A stretch of DNA of 63,979 bases, filler included, from Hausera hauseri (Eukaryota), in assembly GCA_046269625.1 (NCBI GenBank). It is 11 parts of 11 records of this genome, joined end to end, with 100 filler letters (N's around TTAATTAATTAA, not from the genome) between each part and the next. Parts side by side here need not be neighbours in the genome. Positions count along the whole stretch, not along the records: positions 51,021 to 59,887 come from JBJURY010517681.1; positions 59,988 to 63,979 come from JBJURY010834304.1; 9 more parts are not named here. One strand, given 5' to 3'. A program made the translations under genes and the position numbers. This document shows positions 51,714-63,977 of the stretch, one piece after another (the stretch's first letter is position 1; every line of letters starts with the position of its first letter). Under the pieces are notes generated by a model, which made no database searches, had not been told where the DNA came from, and saw only the letters and a program-made list of their open reading frames with translations.

Positions 51714-53653
51714 TGGTTAATCAGTTTGCTCACCATAATAATGTTGATAAAACAGATGGGCGCCGTCATCGTTTACGATTGCGATAGATTTAAGCTTAGA
51801 CAAAAATACTCACAAATGGATTTAGAAGCATGTAAAGATGCCAGACCACATAAATTGGAAACAAAGGAGAAGAGTTATTTCCTATACCAACAACAAGAGT
51901 TGATGTCTTTGGATGGTATGGAATGTATGCTGAGATGATCTCGTAGCATTTTACTGCGGGCTAATGCACGGGCACTCCTCAATAGTTAAACCTACAACCC
52001 TCCGATCCCAATTAATTTGGAAAGATAACACTGAAATCAGGCCAGATAAACCGTAAGATTGAAATGGGATACTATAAAACCAGAAATGCAGCCCGGAAAG
52101 ATAATCAGAGCATATAAAATAGTAGTTGGAAGGCTAGATATGCATAATAGGCACTGTAGCAGAGCAGAATACGACAACGGAAAAGGACTGGAAGCAAACA
52201 TAGTAGTAGTAGAAGACCTTTACGAATCGGAGATGCGAGTACAAAAAGTGATGTTCCATAGCGTTATTAAGCTGTATACCGAGAACTAAAAATGTCACAT
52301 ATAGGACGGAACCTGTACATTCAGAAGTTCCATTGTCATATGGGAACCGCCCACTGGAAAAGGCTGTAATTTTATTAAAATTAAGGAATTGAAATTTACT
52401 GAAACAACTGGGACACGATACGTAGACAAATTCGACATCAGTTCAAGAGCACGTGAAGATGTATCAGAGCATTATATACCTACTATATTGATCTCTGATC
52501 AGCATGGATTGAAATTTATAAAAAAATGATTTCACGTTGCGAAGTAGTAATGTTCACCACTAATTACAAAGCGTTCTTCGTAGCAGAAACGGAAATAAAC
52601 GCGAAAATATACAACTTAGAAAAGCAAGATATTAGAATTGACGATTACTTGAAAAACGGAGACGATTACTTTTATTATAAAGGATAAGTCGGGATAGCCG
52701 AACTATATTACAAAATGATAACTAATGACTACCAATTAGATACGGAAATTATGAGGACAAAATTAGCTCTTATTTATGCAAACCCGGAGTTTACCTTACC
52801 AATTATTCCCATGAGAGAAGGAATTTTTGGTTGAGTTACTGGCGAAGTCCTACTGACATATGAATGCGAGAAAAGAGTTGTACCAATCAACGTCGAATAA
52901 AAACGATGCATACAAGAACTTCCTGTAATCTACCGGAATACTCCACGTCTAGCCATGCCCCTCACTAGAGTGTTGCTGGATAATGCAACACAACCTACAA
53001 TCTTAAAGGATTGCAAAACAAGTTTGGGTAAACCAATGTTCAGACGTAGCAAAACGGAATGGGTTTGCTTACCCAATGGAGGTGTTACCATCATTCCTAA
53101 AAAGTTGACTGGAACTAATTTAGCAAAAGGAATTACTGATGACAAGTTTCAGGATGCATTTTAAAAGGGTATTTACAGGCCTAAAGAAATCGAAGCTTTT
53201 CGACAATTTCTCGCTTTTCCACGACCGCGAAAACACAAATTAAATCAAGCTATGGCATAAGTAGTCGACGATATCCGATACCAGACTAAATGGGAATCCC
53301 TGCTTGGTGCAAACCATTACCAACGGGTAACTACATAGATACTCTACAAAATATGGGGAAGATTTTTAATTTTTGGACAAGCCGCATCGGGATTCTTAGC
53401 AGTTGGTTTTTTGGTACCACTAGTAAAGGCGGTAATTCAAGCAATCATAATTGGGTACGAAATATTCACATTAACAGGATTTTTATGCAAGATCTTAACC
53501 GCAATTATTACACCATTCGGCAAAATGCTTAAAGCCTATGAAGAAAATCGATGGAAGAATGACGTTGAACGACATGTCGGCAGTCATAACTATAAACGAC
53601 GAGCAAGGCCCACATTTCTACTAAAACGGAACCCCAGAATCAGAAAAAATTAA
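51714..53653 (+). pseudogene. Class III (chuvirus/herpes gB-like) envelope glycoprotein, decayed
   Basis: Signal WLISLLTIIMLIKQMGA then VIVYDC..C..LYQQ..C..YCG..H; GTC..IVIWE..C; G*VTGEVLLTYEC..CIQELPVIYRN..PLTRVL..DC..PMF..W; GIY..FLAFP; C-terminal hydrophobic helices. Confidence 0.85.
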
Positions 53654-55585
53654 GGCATTTGTTAGGCTTATGTAGATATTATGCCACTTACGCACCAGAC
53701 AATTCGAAAATAAATGCTCCATTATATCGGCTATTGACAAAAGGTATCAAATGGAAATATCAGATGGACCGATGTCGAAAAGAAAGCGTTCGATGAAATA
53801 AAGAAAATTATAACAAGTGAACCAGTGTTGAGATACCCCGATTTCAGTTTGCCATTTATAATTAAAACACGACGCAAGTAAAAAGGGAATTGGTTACGTA
53901 TTGGCTCAGAAACCAGAAGATGATGAAATGGAAAACCCAATTGCATATGGAGGACGATCACTTAAGAAAGCTGAGAAAAACTATTCAATTACTAAACTTG
54001 AGGCACTAGCCGTAAAAGAAGCTTTAAGGCATCTTAATGTCTATGTCTATGGGCAGAAAATTATTATAGTTACCGATCATAAGGCTATTACAACGTTAAA
54101 GAAACGAGCTAATAACCAAATATGTAGGGTAAATCGGTGGATCGAAGGAATCTCCAGATACAATATTTAATTCCAACATAAACCCGGAAGCAAACATCGA
54201 CGCAGACTCTTTATCAAGACTTAAAACAAAGACAAGTACAATTACGACCACGAAGAAAGCTTAAGTCGAAGAATTAATAGAACGACAACGGGCTTTAACA
54301 CTAAATAAAACAACTAAAATTTCTTCAGAACAAGCTAAAGATAAAGTTATCCATCAAATAGTCAAATTTTCCACGCAAAGTGAAATGCCAAAAGGACGTC
54401 AGCTAAGGAAACACTTAGAGAGACACGGACATAAATATTATGCATCGAATCAAGATAATATTCTATATTACGAACGAAAGGAACGGAAACTAGTAGTTAT
54501 TCCAAAAGGATTACGAATGGAAGTCTAATGGCCAAACATGATTCACATTTAGCTGGACATATGTCATGGAAGAAAACATTAGAAAGGAGATTGAATAAGT
54601 ACTACTGGCCAAGCGTTTATATCGATGTAAAACTGTGTAGACGCTTGTGAAGTCAGTGCGACAAAACAAAAGAAAGGGAAAAATTATGTAGCGGAATTAA
54701 AACCGATTAACGTACCAGATAGACCTATGCAAGCCATGTCTATGGATATAGTAGGACCTCTACCTACAACTCACAAAAATAACAAATATATTCTGACATG
54801 CGTAGACTGTCTAACACACTTCGTTGAATTAATAGCACTAATCGACCAGAAAGCAAAAACTTTAGCAGATGCAGTAGTAAGAAGGATTATCTGTAGATAC
54901 GGACCCTTCAATCGAATATTAACCGATAAAGGAAGGAATTTTACGAGTGAATTATTTTATAGAATTTCTAAACTTTTCGACATCGAACGATTAACAACTA
55001 CCGCATATCATCCTCATTGCAACGGAATTGTCAAACATATGAATGCAACCGTTCTGCGAGTCCTATCGACCGTAGCCGCGAAGGACCAAAAAGACTGGGA
55101 AGAATTCTTAGAAGGAACACAATTTGCGATCAATACTACCCCGCATTCCGCCACAGGATTTACACTATTTTATGATGTATGGACGTGAAGCGATATTACC
55201 TACGGACTTAGGAATGACTCCGTATCACGCAAATCCGGAAGACATAAAACCAAACTTCCCAGAAGTCGTACAAATGTTATTACAAAAATGTTGGAATATA
55301 GCTAAGACGCTTATCCTTGAGTATCAAGAGCAGTTTAAGAAACAATATGATAAGAAGGCAAAACCTCACGATTTAGAAAAGGGAAACTGAGTCTACGTGC
55401 ACTACCCGGTCGAAAAAAGGGTGCGTCGTTAAAGCTTACTCGTACCGGACGAGAGCCTGACGAAATTATTAGAACCACATAAACCACTGTTTATATTAAT
55501 AAAAATGGCAAAGAAGAGGTAATATCCATACAGAGAGTCGTTAAAACAGAAATAAGACTAGAAAGACGTTATAATTTGCGATCCG
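53630..55585 (+). mobile_element. Ty3/Gypsy pol remnant: RT thumb/connection, RNase H and integrase (RT core absent)
   Basis: LRHLLGLCRYY, WTDVEKKAFDEIK..PVLRYPDFSLPF, DASKKGIGYVLAQ, AEKNYSITKLEALA, TDHK, H..GH..YYWP, MDIVGPLP, TDKGRNF, AYHPHCNG, RRYNLRS. Confidence 0.95.
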
Positions 55586-55649
55586 CAGATCAGAGTTTAA
55601 ACCGAAAACAGGACAAAAGGAAAAAAAAAAGACATCCAATATAAACAAT

Positions 55650-56915
55650 AGGCCAATATCTTACGTACAGCTAATCTTAGCATTATGGTTAATCGCCTGT
55701 TATGTTCCAAAGACCCAAGCGCAATGGTGGAATGATAGCGAATCCAGTTTGACGGATGTATATGGAATTAGTAAAAGCGGAAGGGAAGATAAAATTAGAT
55801 AGGAACAACAACACTTGGAAGGACGAAAATATGTGAAAAATTTAAAAATAATAAAGCCTATGACTCAGATTGGAAAAAGCCCCATATTTGCTTCAAAGGT
55901 GACAAAGATACTAAATAGTATATGTAAATTCGTATAAAGTTTACGAATCAAAATAAAGAAAGGATAAAAATTGTGAGTTTGGATATGGAATTTATAAAAA
56001 ATATTGCGAACTAGATTTCGGACGAATATACAAATACATAATACATATGTATTATTACCCTTATGAGATTATTCAAGTGGAGGTACGACCACAGGTCGAA
56101 ATAGCTATGCCCAAGCAAGCCCTAGCGGATAGCGTGAAACTATCCGACATAGTTCAAAGTACTGACCCCATAATTAGATCATTGGATGAAAATATAATTG
56201 AAGTTTCCAAGGATTTGGAACACCCATATATCCAGATTAAAACTGGGACAAGACTAACCGAATCCTACCAGATCTCGGTTCGATTTATACCATCTAAAGA
56301 AACAAATCCGCCAGCAGGATATTTCGCTATCAGTCGACAAAACCCAAAACCGTGCTGTAAAATACCCCAATGGTACAGTTTCGAGATACAGTTCGACCTA
56401 TGTAAGATCAGACCATATCAGCCAAGCACATACCTAAGAGGATACCGTTTAAGAAGACAAAATTGGAAGATTCCAATCAGAACGACGACAACGATTAGTA
56501 CTACTATTAAAATCGTCACGACGAGGAAAAGACCCGGAAAGCAACCGGAAAGTATTCCTATTAGATACTTATTGCAGCGAAATAATATAATATTCTTTGT
56601 CGAAGAGAAATTAAACTATGATGTAGAGATAAACTGTCGAACCCTGTATAGTAAACAAAAAGCAACACTTGCAAGAAACACGCAGACAGAGCATATAATA
56701 GAAATTAATGCAGTAGGAAAGCATAATCAAACAATCACCCTACATACTTTAACGGAAAATGTTTACCTAGAACAAAAAAATCAAAACATAGACGATATAA
56801 TTACTACATATATGACAACACAGAAACCAATTGAATTAACAACTTTACCTATTGTATAAATGTTCGGAGTGTCAGGGTTCGTCTTGATAATAATAATAGC
56901 GTCACTTTATTGCTA
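55650..56915 (+). pseudogene. Type-I membrane protein in the env position, apparently unrelated to gB
   Basis: Signal-like YVQLILALWLIACYVPKTQA; ectodomain ORF 56047-56859 with Thr-rich stalks; TM in frame after one stop (MFGVSGFVLIIIIASLYC). Confidence 0.6.
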
Positions 56916-57109
56916 AAAATTGTAAAAAACAGCGCAAAAATAAGGATAAAGAAATAATGGTGGTATACCAGAGTGATTTATATGATAAAATAATCTGGAA
57001 ATTACAGGTCGGGTTATTCTGTCATCAGACAGTGAAAATATTTCATTTCGAAATACGAATATGTCTTAAGAATAATTTTATTTACTTTTATTTCAGATTG
57101 GTAAGTAAA

Positions 57110-57769
57110 ATGGCAAGTCGAAAGAAAAGCTGTGACCAGACAGACATCGACGAATTTTTACAGTCAAACGCGATGATAATAACACCCAACTCCAAAGCTA
57201 CATATCGGCAAATCCATGTAGAACTGCAGAATAGAACATCAGTGGAATATAATCAGATGGACAAAATCCCTAACAACTTGAAGGAGATCGTGGAAGAAAA
57301 CAGAGTAAATCGATTATACGCCATAAGAAACAACGAAGGTGCCCGATCCTACAACCTAAAAAAACTAATAAAATCCGAGATAGGACCTCCATGTAGTGTG
57401 TATATACATCTAGCTGAAGGAGAAATTTATTACAGATTAGATGGACAGAACTGGAACTCAAACAAAGGACGGCAATACAAATTCAGCACTTTCAAGCTGG
57501 ATGGTAAAAGCTTATACGAGACCGAAGCAGAATTAAGGATCTCATACTTAGCCGTAAAATTAATGTTGGAAATCACCTGTGAAGAAGTTTCAACCTTACT
57601 TCTGCCCCCTCTAATATACCACCAGTACCCAACAGAGGATCAAATAAAACGACACTTTGGTTCATATAAGCTAGTACAAAAGAATGGAACATTCGCATCA
57701 TTTCAACGAATTACGGAAAAGGGGATGACGGAAATTCTATTCCCATCGAAATCTCCATTCGAGTCATAA
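57110..57769 (+). CDS. Retroelement accessory ORF of unknown function
   Basis: Open frame MASRKKS..; preceded by the strong acceptor TTTACTTTTATTTCAG (57081-57096). Confidence 0.55.
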   Translation: MASRKKSCDQTDIDEFLQSNAMIITPNSKATYRQIHVELQNRTSVEYNQMDKIPNNLKEIVEENRVNRLYAIRNNEGARSYNLKKLIKSEIGPPCSVYIHLAEGEIYYRLDGQNWNSNKGRQYKFSTFKLDGKSLYETEAELRISYLAVKLMLEITCEEVSTLLLPPLIYHQYPTEDQIKRHFGSYKLVQKNGTFASFQRITEKGMTEILFPSKSPFES

Positions 57770-58526
57770 ATGGAGTAGAAGTTTAGTCTAGAATAATCAT
57801 ACATCAGAAAAGAGTAAGGGAGACATTTGCAGAGATAATGTAAAGCAGAAAAGGGGATTTAACCAATGGAAAGGACGCCAAAATTGTGGAATTAGAAATA
57901 AATCACTGTTTATATGGGTGCATGATTGCAGGATTTCAAACCCAGGAACAAATTGACAAACTGAGAGTAAACCGTGAAAAAATAGAAGGAATACGTAAAT
58001 TTTGGACCCACCCCGAAATTAAAGAAAGAATGGATAAGGTGAACCGACCAGTTCCTGTGATTATAACGACCCAATTTAGAGCAATGATACAGATCATGAA
58101 CGGAACCCACTATAGAATTAATCGACAGCGAATCGTAGAACACAAGGGATAATAATATGCAAATTATGGTGTTAAACCAAGAGAATATTGTTCAACATAA
58201 ATCAAGCAGCGTTACGTATGGATTTCAAGCACATATAAAGACAAAAAATTTGAGGAAAGTCATCAAGGAACATCAACCAAAAAGCACAAACTGAGAAACC
58301 CATGCGAAGAAAAGAAAACGAAATTAGTATTCGGGTTCCTAAAGAAAAGAGATAATGGATCATCCAAAATTGGGCAAGCTGAAAAACGTTCTATGAAAGA
58401 AACCACCGAAAGTATACTAAAGAAAATTAAAGAAGTTAACGTTCTAAAAAGGAAAAAGAAAGTCTACGAAAAACAACCACATAGACGAATCAAAACGACG
58501 AAACAGAATGGCCCAGAATCTTAATC

Positions 58527-59042
58527 ATGGCAGAGTATGTAAGTCATGGAAAGATCAAAGAAGCAGTATTTTATATCTATACAATGCCAATATTGGAAAT
58601 ACAGAAAAACGCCTACGCTCCAATCGACCCGAAGTTAGGAAGATATTTATCGTCAGTATTCAGATCAAAGATAGGAACTAAAAAGATAACCGTGTCGGTG
58701 GATAACCAAGCTAGGATAGAAGTAAAAGAACAGTATAAGAAAATGGGAATCCCGGATTTAGATGCTCAACAAGTAGTAGAATGGACCCTTATAGCCGTTA
58801 ACGGCGACCCCAGAAAAAGCTCCATAGACCCTAAACAGAAGCAGTTGCACAAATACCTCTATAAGAATTTCAAAGGATTGTTGTTCCAAGAGATAACATG
58901 GATTACGGACTGTGATCTAGACAATGATACCAAAAATTTCTGCCCTGTATGTGAAGCAAACTTATGGCAGGATTATGTGGTGCTACGAATAGGAATTGTT
59001 GACACCGACACTGTCGAGATTGTTTGGAACAGTGGACGTTGA
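58527..59042 (+). CDS. Retroelement accessory ORF with CxxC, function unknown
   Basis: 171-aa intact frame between integrase and PPT; A-rich codon use like the rest of the element. Confidence 0.55.
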   Translation: MAEYVSHGKIKEAVFYIYTMPILEIQKNAYAPIDPKLGRYLSSVFRSKIGTKKITVSVDNQARIEVKEQYKKMGIPDLDAQQVVEWTLIAVNGDPRKSSIDPKQKQLHKYLYKNFKGLLFQEITWITDCDLDNDTKNFCPVCEANLWQDYVVLRIGIVDTDTVEIVWNSGR

Positions 59043-59440
59043 TTAATGGAAAAACAACATTTCCAGTATGTCAAGCAGAGTGATCTCAGTTGAAATACTT
59101 TCCCCGCGGAGAGAATAATCGCATAGTTGAGATAAAAGCACCTACCGCTTATTACCTGGAACCGAATCCCCAAACTAGTATGCGGGTCAATTCCGAAAAC
59201 GATTTACGAGAAAGGCTAAATGCGTTACAACGCCCAAACGATGGCGCCACCTCTCCTGACGCAATAGGCACATCCAAGGATTTCGCTCAGGGAGGAGAAA
59301 TGTTGTAAATGAGTAGAGGTGTAAAAAAAAAGTATTCACACGCACATAATATTTACATATTGGGGACATTCGTTTAACGAGAACGTTAAACCGAATCTGC
59401 TATTAAGACATTAATTTCAAGTGTAAATTACGTTATATGT

Positions 59441-59649
59441 AGAGGGGAGTGATAAGGGCCACCCTAATATATAACATTTNNNNNNNNNNTGTTAATGAAC
59501 AATAGTTAAATATGACTGTGATTAAATGAACACTTGATTAGGCCCTTCCTCTAATTGAGTGAATGAGTAAATTTATCTATAATAAAAAATCCTTCAAAAT
59601 ATCATGTCTTGATTCTTCCATGGTAAACAATCTACTAGTAATTTCATCA
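59441..59649 (+). mobile_element. PPT and 3' LTR (end approximate)
   Basis: AGAGGGGAG then TGATAAGG at 59450; AATAAA at 59581; candidate end ..ATCA at 59649. Confidence 0.6.
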
Positions 59650-60029
59650 TTTATTGTGGTTTAATTCATTCTACTTTTGAAAATTCTCCTCTACCTCTAT
59701 CTTGAATTTGAATGAGTTGGCCACAAAGTTCCACATATTCAGTTCTTTGGATATTCATACATGAAACTGTTCTGTCTGGTGACGCTTGTGGTTCGTCTAC
59801 ATTAATTAATTCGTTATTCTTAATTTCTATGCTCACTGGATTATACCAATCAGTTTGTATTCCATATTCTAGTAATAAATCATCATCNNNNNNNNNNNNN
59901 NNNNNNNNNNNNNNNNNNNNNNNNNNNNNNNTTAATTAATTAANNNNNNNNNNNNNNNNNNNNNNNNNNNNNNNNNNNNNNNNNNNNCTCTTTGTTTTAT
60001 TATAACAAAGTCGAGTAACATAATTTACA

Positions 60030-62944
60030 TATCCGGACGTTCATTCATACCGATACCTGAAGCTCTAAAGCATTCTTATGCGGTAGTGAATGTAAAAAAC
60101 ATGAACAATGATTACTGTTTTATTTACAGTCTTCTGGCGGTATTAAAATATGACGAAGTGGAGAGACATAGTGAACCTTGTCCAAAACAGTATCGGCAGT
60201 ATTTTTCCGAATTGCAATTCGACGAAAACTGCATGCCGATAAAACTAAAAGCCATTCCAACATTTAAACGGCGTAATCCGATGCTGTCAATCAACGTGTT
60301 CCGGTAACATACAATAGTTGAAATACCGGAAGATAAAGAAATTTACAAGAATCCACATGTGAATATAATATATCGAAGTCCGAACCCGAATGGACGCACA
60401 GTAAATTTTTTATTGTAGGAGCAGGCAGAAAATTTTCATTACGTGGCCGTAACAATTTTGGACCGACTGTTGAACATGGATTACTATCAGTTTGCCTAAA
60501 ACCAAATACGTTGTAAATAGTGTTTTACACGTCTGCATGGCTTCAGATCAGAAACCACATGGGAAAAACATATGACGCTCTGCAGACATAATGCATTATG
60601 AACAACAATGTACGTCATGCCAGTCAAAAAGGAGCTGCGATTTAGTGACTGGTCTAAAACGGACAGTACAACATATATGATATATGCTACTATTGAGGCA
60701 ATCCTACTACAGCACGACGTATGCGATCAGAAACATGTTCCAATTGCCGTCAGAATGTTGGTTGTATCAATAAAATCTTCAGGTCAACCTGCATGTTTCA
60801 CGCCTGGAACTGTATGCGTGATTCCCTGCACCATATAGAAATAATAGGTGAATCGGAATAACAGCACAAAACCCCTGATTTGGACAGATGAAGATGAACG
60901 CCTGACGTTTGCAATCACCGTTTGATGCGCAGGAACGATACGTACCGAATCATGACCACTTTACCACTCTATATTTGGGAGCAGCATGTAATTCATGCAA
61001 TTTAACGAGACGTTTGCGGCCATTCCTACCAATGATCTTTCATGATTTTCTAGGTTATGATTGTCACCATATACTGAAGTGGGCCATCAACGGATTTCTG
61101 CACTGGGAACTGTCCATAATCTCAATAACAATGGAGAAGTATCTGTCCCTGTCAGCACGCATAAACCGGTTTTATGTACGCTTCCATGATTCATTGCCAT
61201 TTCTGAATGAATCATTGGCGAAGTTGGTAAATGCCTTGCTGGATGTGCCGATAACCTTAAAACTGTTCTTCACACACATTTCACGCAGCAAAGGCATATT
61301 TCCATATGACTTTGCACCACCATATGAGCGACTCTGGACAGCAGAGGAATTACCGCCGCGATGGACAGGCATCACAGAAGCTGAATATCGGAGTTCACAA
61401 AAATCTTGGACAGAGCTCGTCTGTAGAAACATGTTGGATTACATACTTCAATATGTGAAACTGAACGTGTACTTATTGGCCGATGCGTTTCAGGCGTTTC
61501 GGGCGGAAGCGTTGGACAAAGATAGGCTGGAGCCGATCAACTTTTATTCCATACAGGGAATAAATTTGGCGTCAGCTCTAATGTCACTGGGTCGAGACAT
61601 TGAGCTTCATCAAGACCAGGAAATGTACCTGCGGTTTGATGTTGGTATTCGCGGGGGCATGAAATTTGTCAACAAGCATCAGGTCAGTGCTACCGATACC
61701 ACATTACTGTTGTATATTGATATTAATAACCTGCACGGCTGGGCGCTTTCACAACCCTTGCCGTACGGTTCATTCGAATGGGTTATCGACAGATAAGATC
61801 TAAACGACATAATGGTCAACCTGGCACAAGCACACATGGCAGGCTAGTCGGACATCTGATGTAGGTCGATCCTGAGATACCAGATGAGCTGCATGACGTT
61901 TTGGACGATTTTCCGGTCGCACCATTTAACCAATGTCCACCAGGCTCAAAAGTGAAGAAACTGCTCATAACGAATGAACCGAGGCTGAATTACCTGGTCC
62001 ATTGGCGTCTGCTACAGTTATACATGTAGTTCGGTGTTCGCGTTGCACAGTTGATTGTGCAATCCGATTTGCTCAGGCGCCCATATTTAAGGCTTACATA
62101 GATGGAAATTCGAAGAAACGAGCCGCAGCTTGTACAAAGTTCGAAAAGGATTATTACGAACTGAAAACAATTTCATGTACTGAAAAACAGTGGAGAATCT
62201 GAAAAAGCGGCTCAATGTACGCGTATGCAACAACGAAAAGCGGCTGGTTACGTATACCAGCAAGGCACAGTTTCGGCGGTCATTGCACATTGTCGATGGA
62301 TTGGTTGCCATGTTGTTAAACAGAGAAGAAGTCGTTTTGGACCGGCCAAGTTACATTGGACAAGTGGTATTGAACCTGAGGAAGTTGCGAATGTATAAGC
62401 TACAGTATCTAGACTTGACACGTTACCGGCAAATGTTTGACGGCTATGACATTAGAATAATTGTCCGTGACACAGACAGTTCTTTACTGCGGCTGGAAAA
62501 AGTAAATCGCGAACAGCAACGGCAGCAAATGCAATCAGATGGATTACTGGACACGTCCAACTATCCACCGGATCATCCGTTGTACAACAGCGCGATCCCT
62601 AACAAAATCGGCTGCTTCAAGGATGAAAGTGAATGTACGGTTCAGTATCGTGAATGGGTATTTCTACGGCCACAATGTTATAGCCTTTTCACTGATGGTG
62701 GACCGGAAATGCGAGCCAAAGAAGTTCAGTTGGTCCACACTGAAAGAAACCACGGTGATTATTGTCGTATCTATGAAAAAAAGGACAATCAAAGGCTGTT
62801 ATGTCACAAACGACCATCCGATCGATTGAGAACCAATTGTATACGGTGAACAATACAAAAGTCGCTTTATCATGCCATGATAATAAGCGTAAGTTGGTGG
62901 GGTGGAATAAGAGTTGGTCGTAAGGACATTGGCGTTTGAAATAA
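60030..62944 (+). pseudogene. Second Polinton/adintovirus protein-primed DNA polymerase B, decayed
   Basis: SFIPIP..VVNVKN..DYCFIYSLLA, HDHFT..GAACNSCNL, FHDFLGYDCH, KGIFPYD, IRGG, YIDINNLHG, RDTDS, DTSNYP, IGCFKDE. Confidence 0.95.
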
Positions 62945-63270
62945 AACACGCACGCATGAATTCGGTGCAGACGATACAGACAGATTAAATTTCTGTGACA
63001 ATTCATTGTGATCTGTTTGTTTTTTATAAATAATGCATATTATTCTTTGTTTTTCCTTTGGTTTTATTACCCTTTAATTTATCTATTTAACTTAATGTGA
63101 CAAGAAACAATTTGAAAAGAAAAATCAATAAAACTTATTAATCACTATAAGCTAAAATTAAAAATCAAAGTAAGTTAGATCAGCGTAAACTTCTCCAGCT
63201 TCCATATTGGTGACTTAATGCCGTGCAGATCCTTGTATCCCTTCAGCTTTAATGTTAAATGACCTTTAGC

Positions 63271-63558
63271 TCATTCCGGTGGCAAAACCGCTACTACTGT
63301 TGCTGCTGTTTCCCTGCCATGTGAAATGACAATCTTCGTCATATTTCCTTTAAGAAAAATCGACGATGTATCTCGGATATTGTTAGGCCACACCAAATCA
63401 CTATCAACTTTTCTATTTGTGTCTTCCATTGTATTCAAATCATCGTAGCTGATCTTTTTCACCAATAGACCATATTTTACAGGTTTGATTTTGACCGTTT
63501 GCGTCAATGGCAATTGAATAGCGTTGAGCAGATAATGTAAGTTGTATCCATTATACAA
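63271..63558 (-). CDS. Polinton-associated uncharacterised ORF fragment
   Basis: Convergent with pPolB and co-oriented with the RING gene; no domain recognised. Confidence 0.35.
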   Translation of the reverse strand: MYNGYNLHYLLNAIQLPLTQTVKIKPVKYGLLVKKISYDDLNTMEDTNRKVDSDLVWPNNIRDTSSIFLKGNMTKIVISHGRETAATVVAVLPPE

Positions 63559-63803
63559 CCGGAAATTTCTGAGCGAATATTCGCTGTACAGTGGCTATTT
63601 TGAGAGACTCGCGGAACTGTCACCTGAATAAGACAAACGTGAAATGAAATTGCATCCATATTTATATCAAATTTCTTCATACCGGTTTGTTTTCATTGTA
63701 AACAATAGACTTTTACTTTGTGAGTATTGTCTCATCACAATGATACAAACTACCTCCACGTCATTGAAGCCCATGACACTGTTTCGTTCCGTTATTGAAA
63801 AAG

Positions 63804-63977
63804 TCATTCGTAATAAATGTGTACAGTTTCCATTATAGCACATTTACATTCTATACATTGGTGGGTTGTTACTTTGGTGAAACACATTTGACAAACAACG
63901 AAATGGCCGCACATTAAGAATACCGTATCCACTTTTCTTTGTTTACATAGTACACACATAAGCTGACAGTCTCGTAC
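63804..63977 (-). CDS. IAP-type RING finger C-terminus (5' part outside the window)
   Basis: MCVLCKQRKVDTVFLMCGHFVVCQMC..CIECK..VHIYYE*; all eight zinc ligands intact. Confidence 0.88.
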   Translation of the reverse strand, partial: VRDCQLMCVLCKQRKVDTVFLMCGHFVVCQMCFTKVTTHQCIECKCAIMETVHIYYE

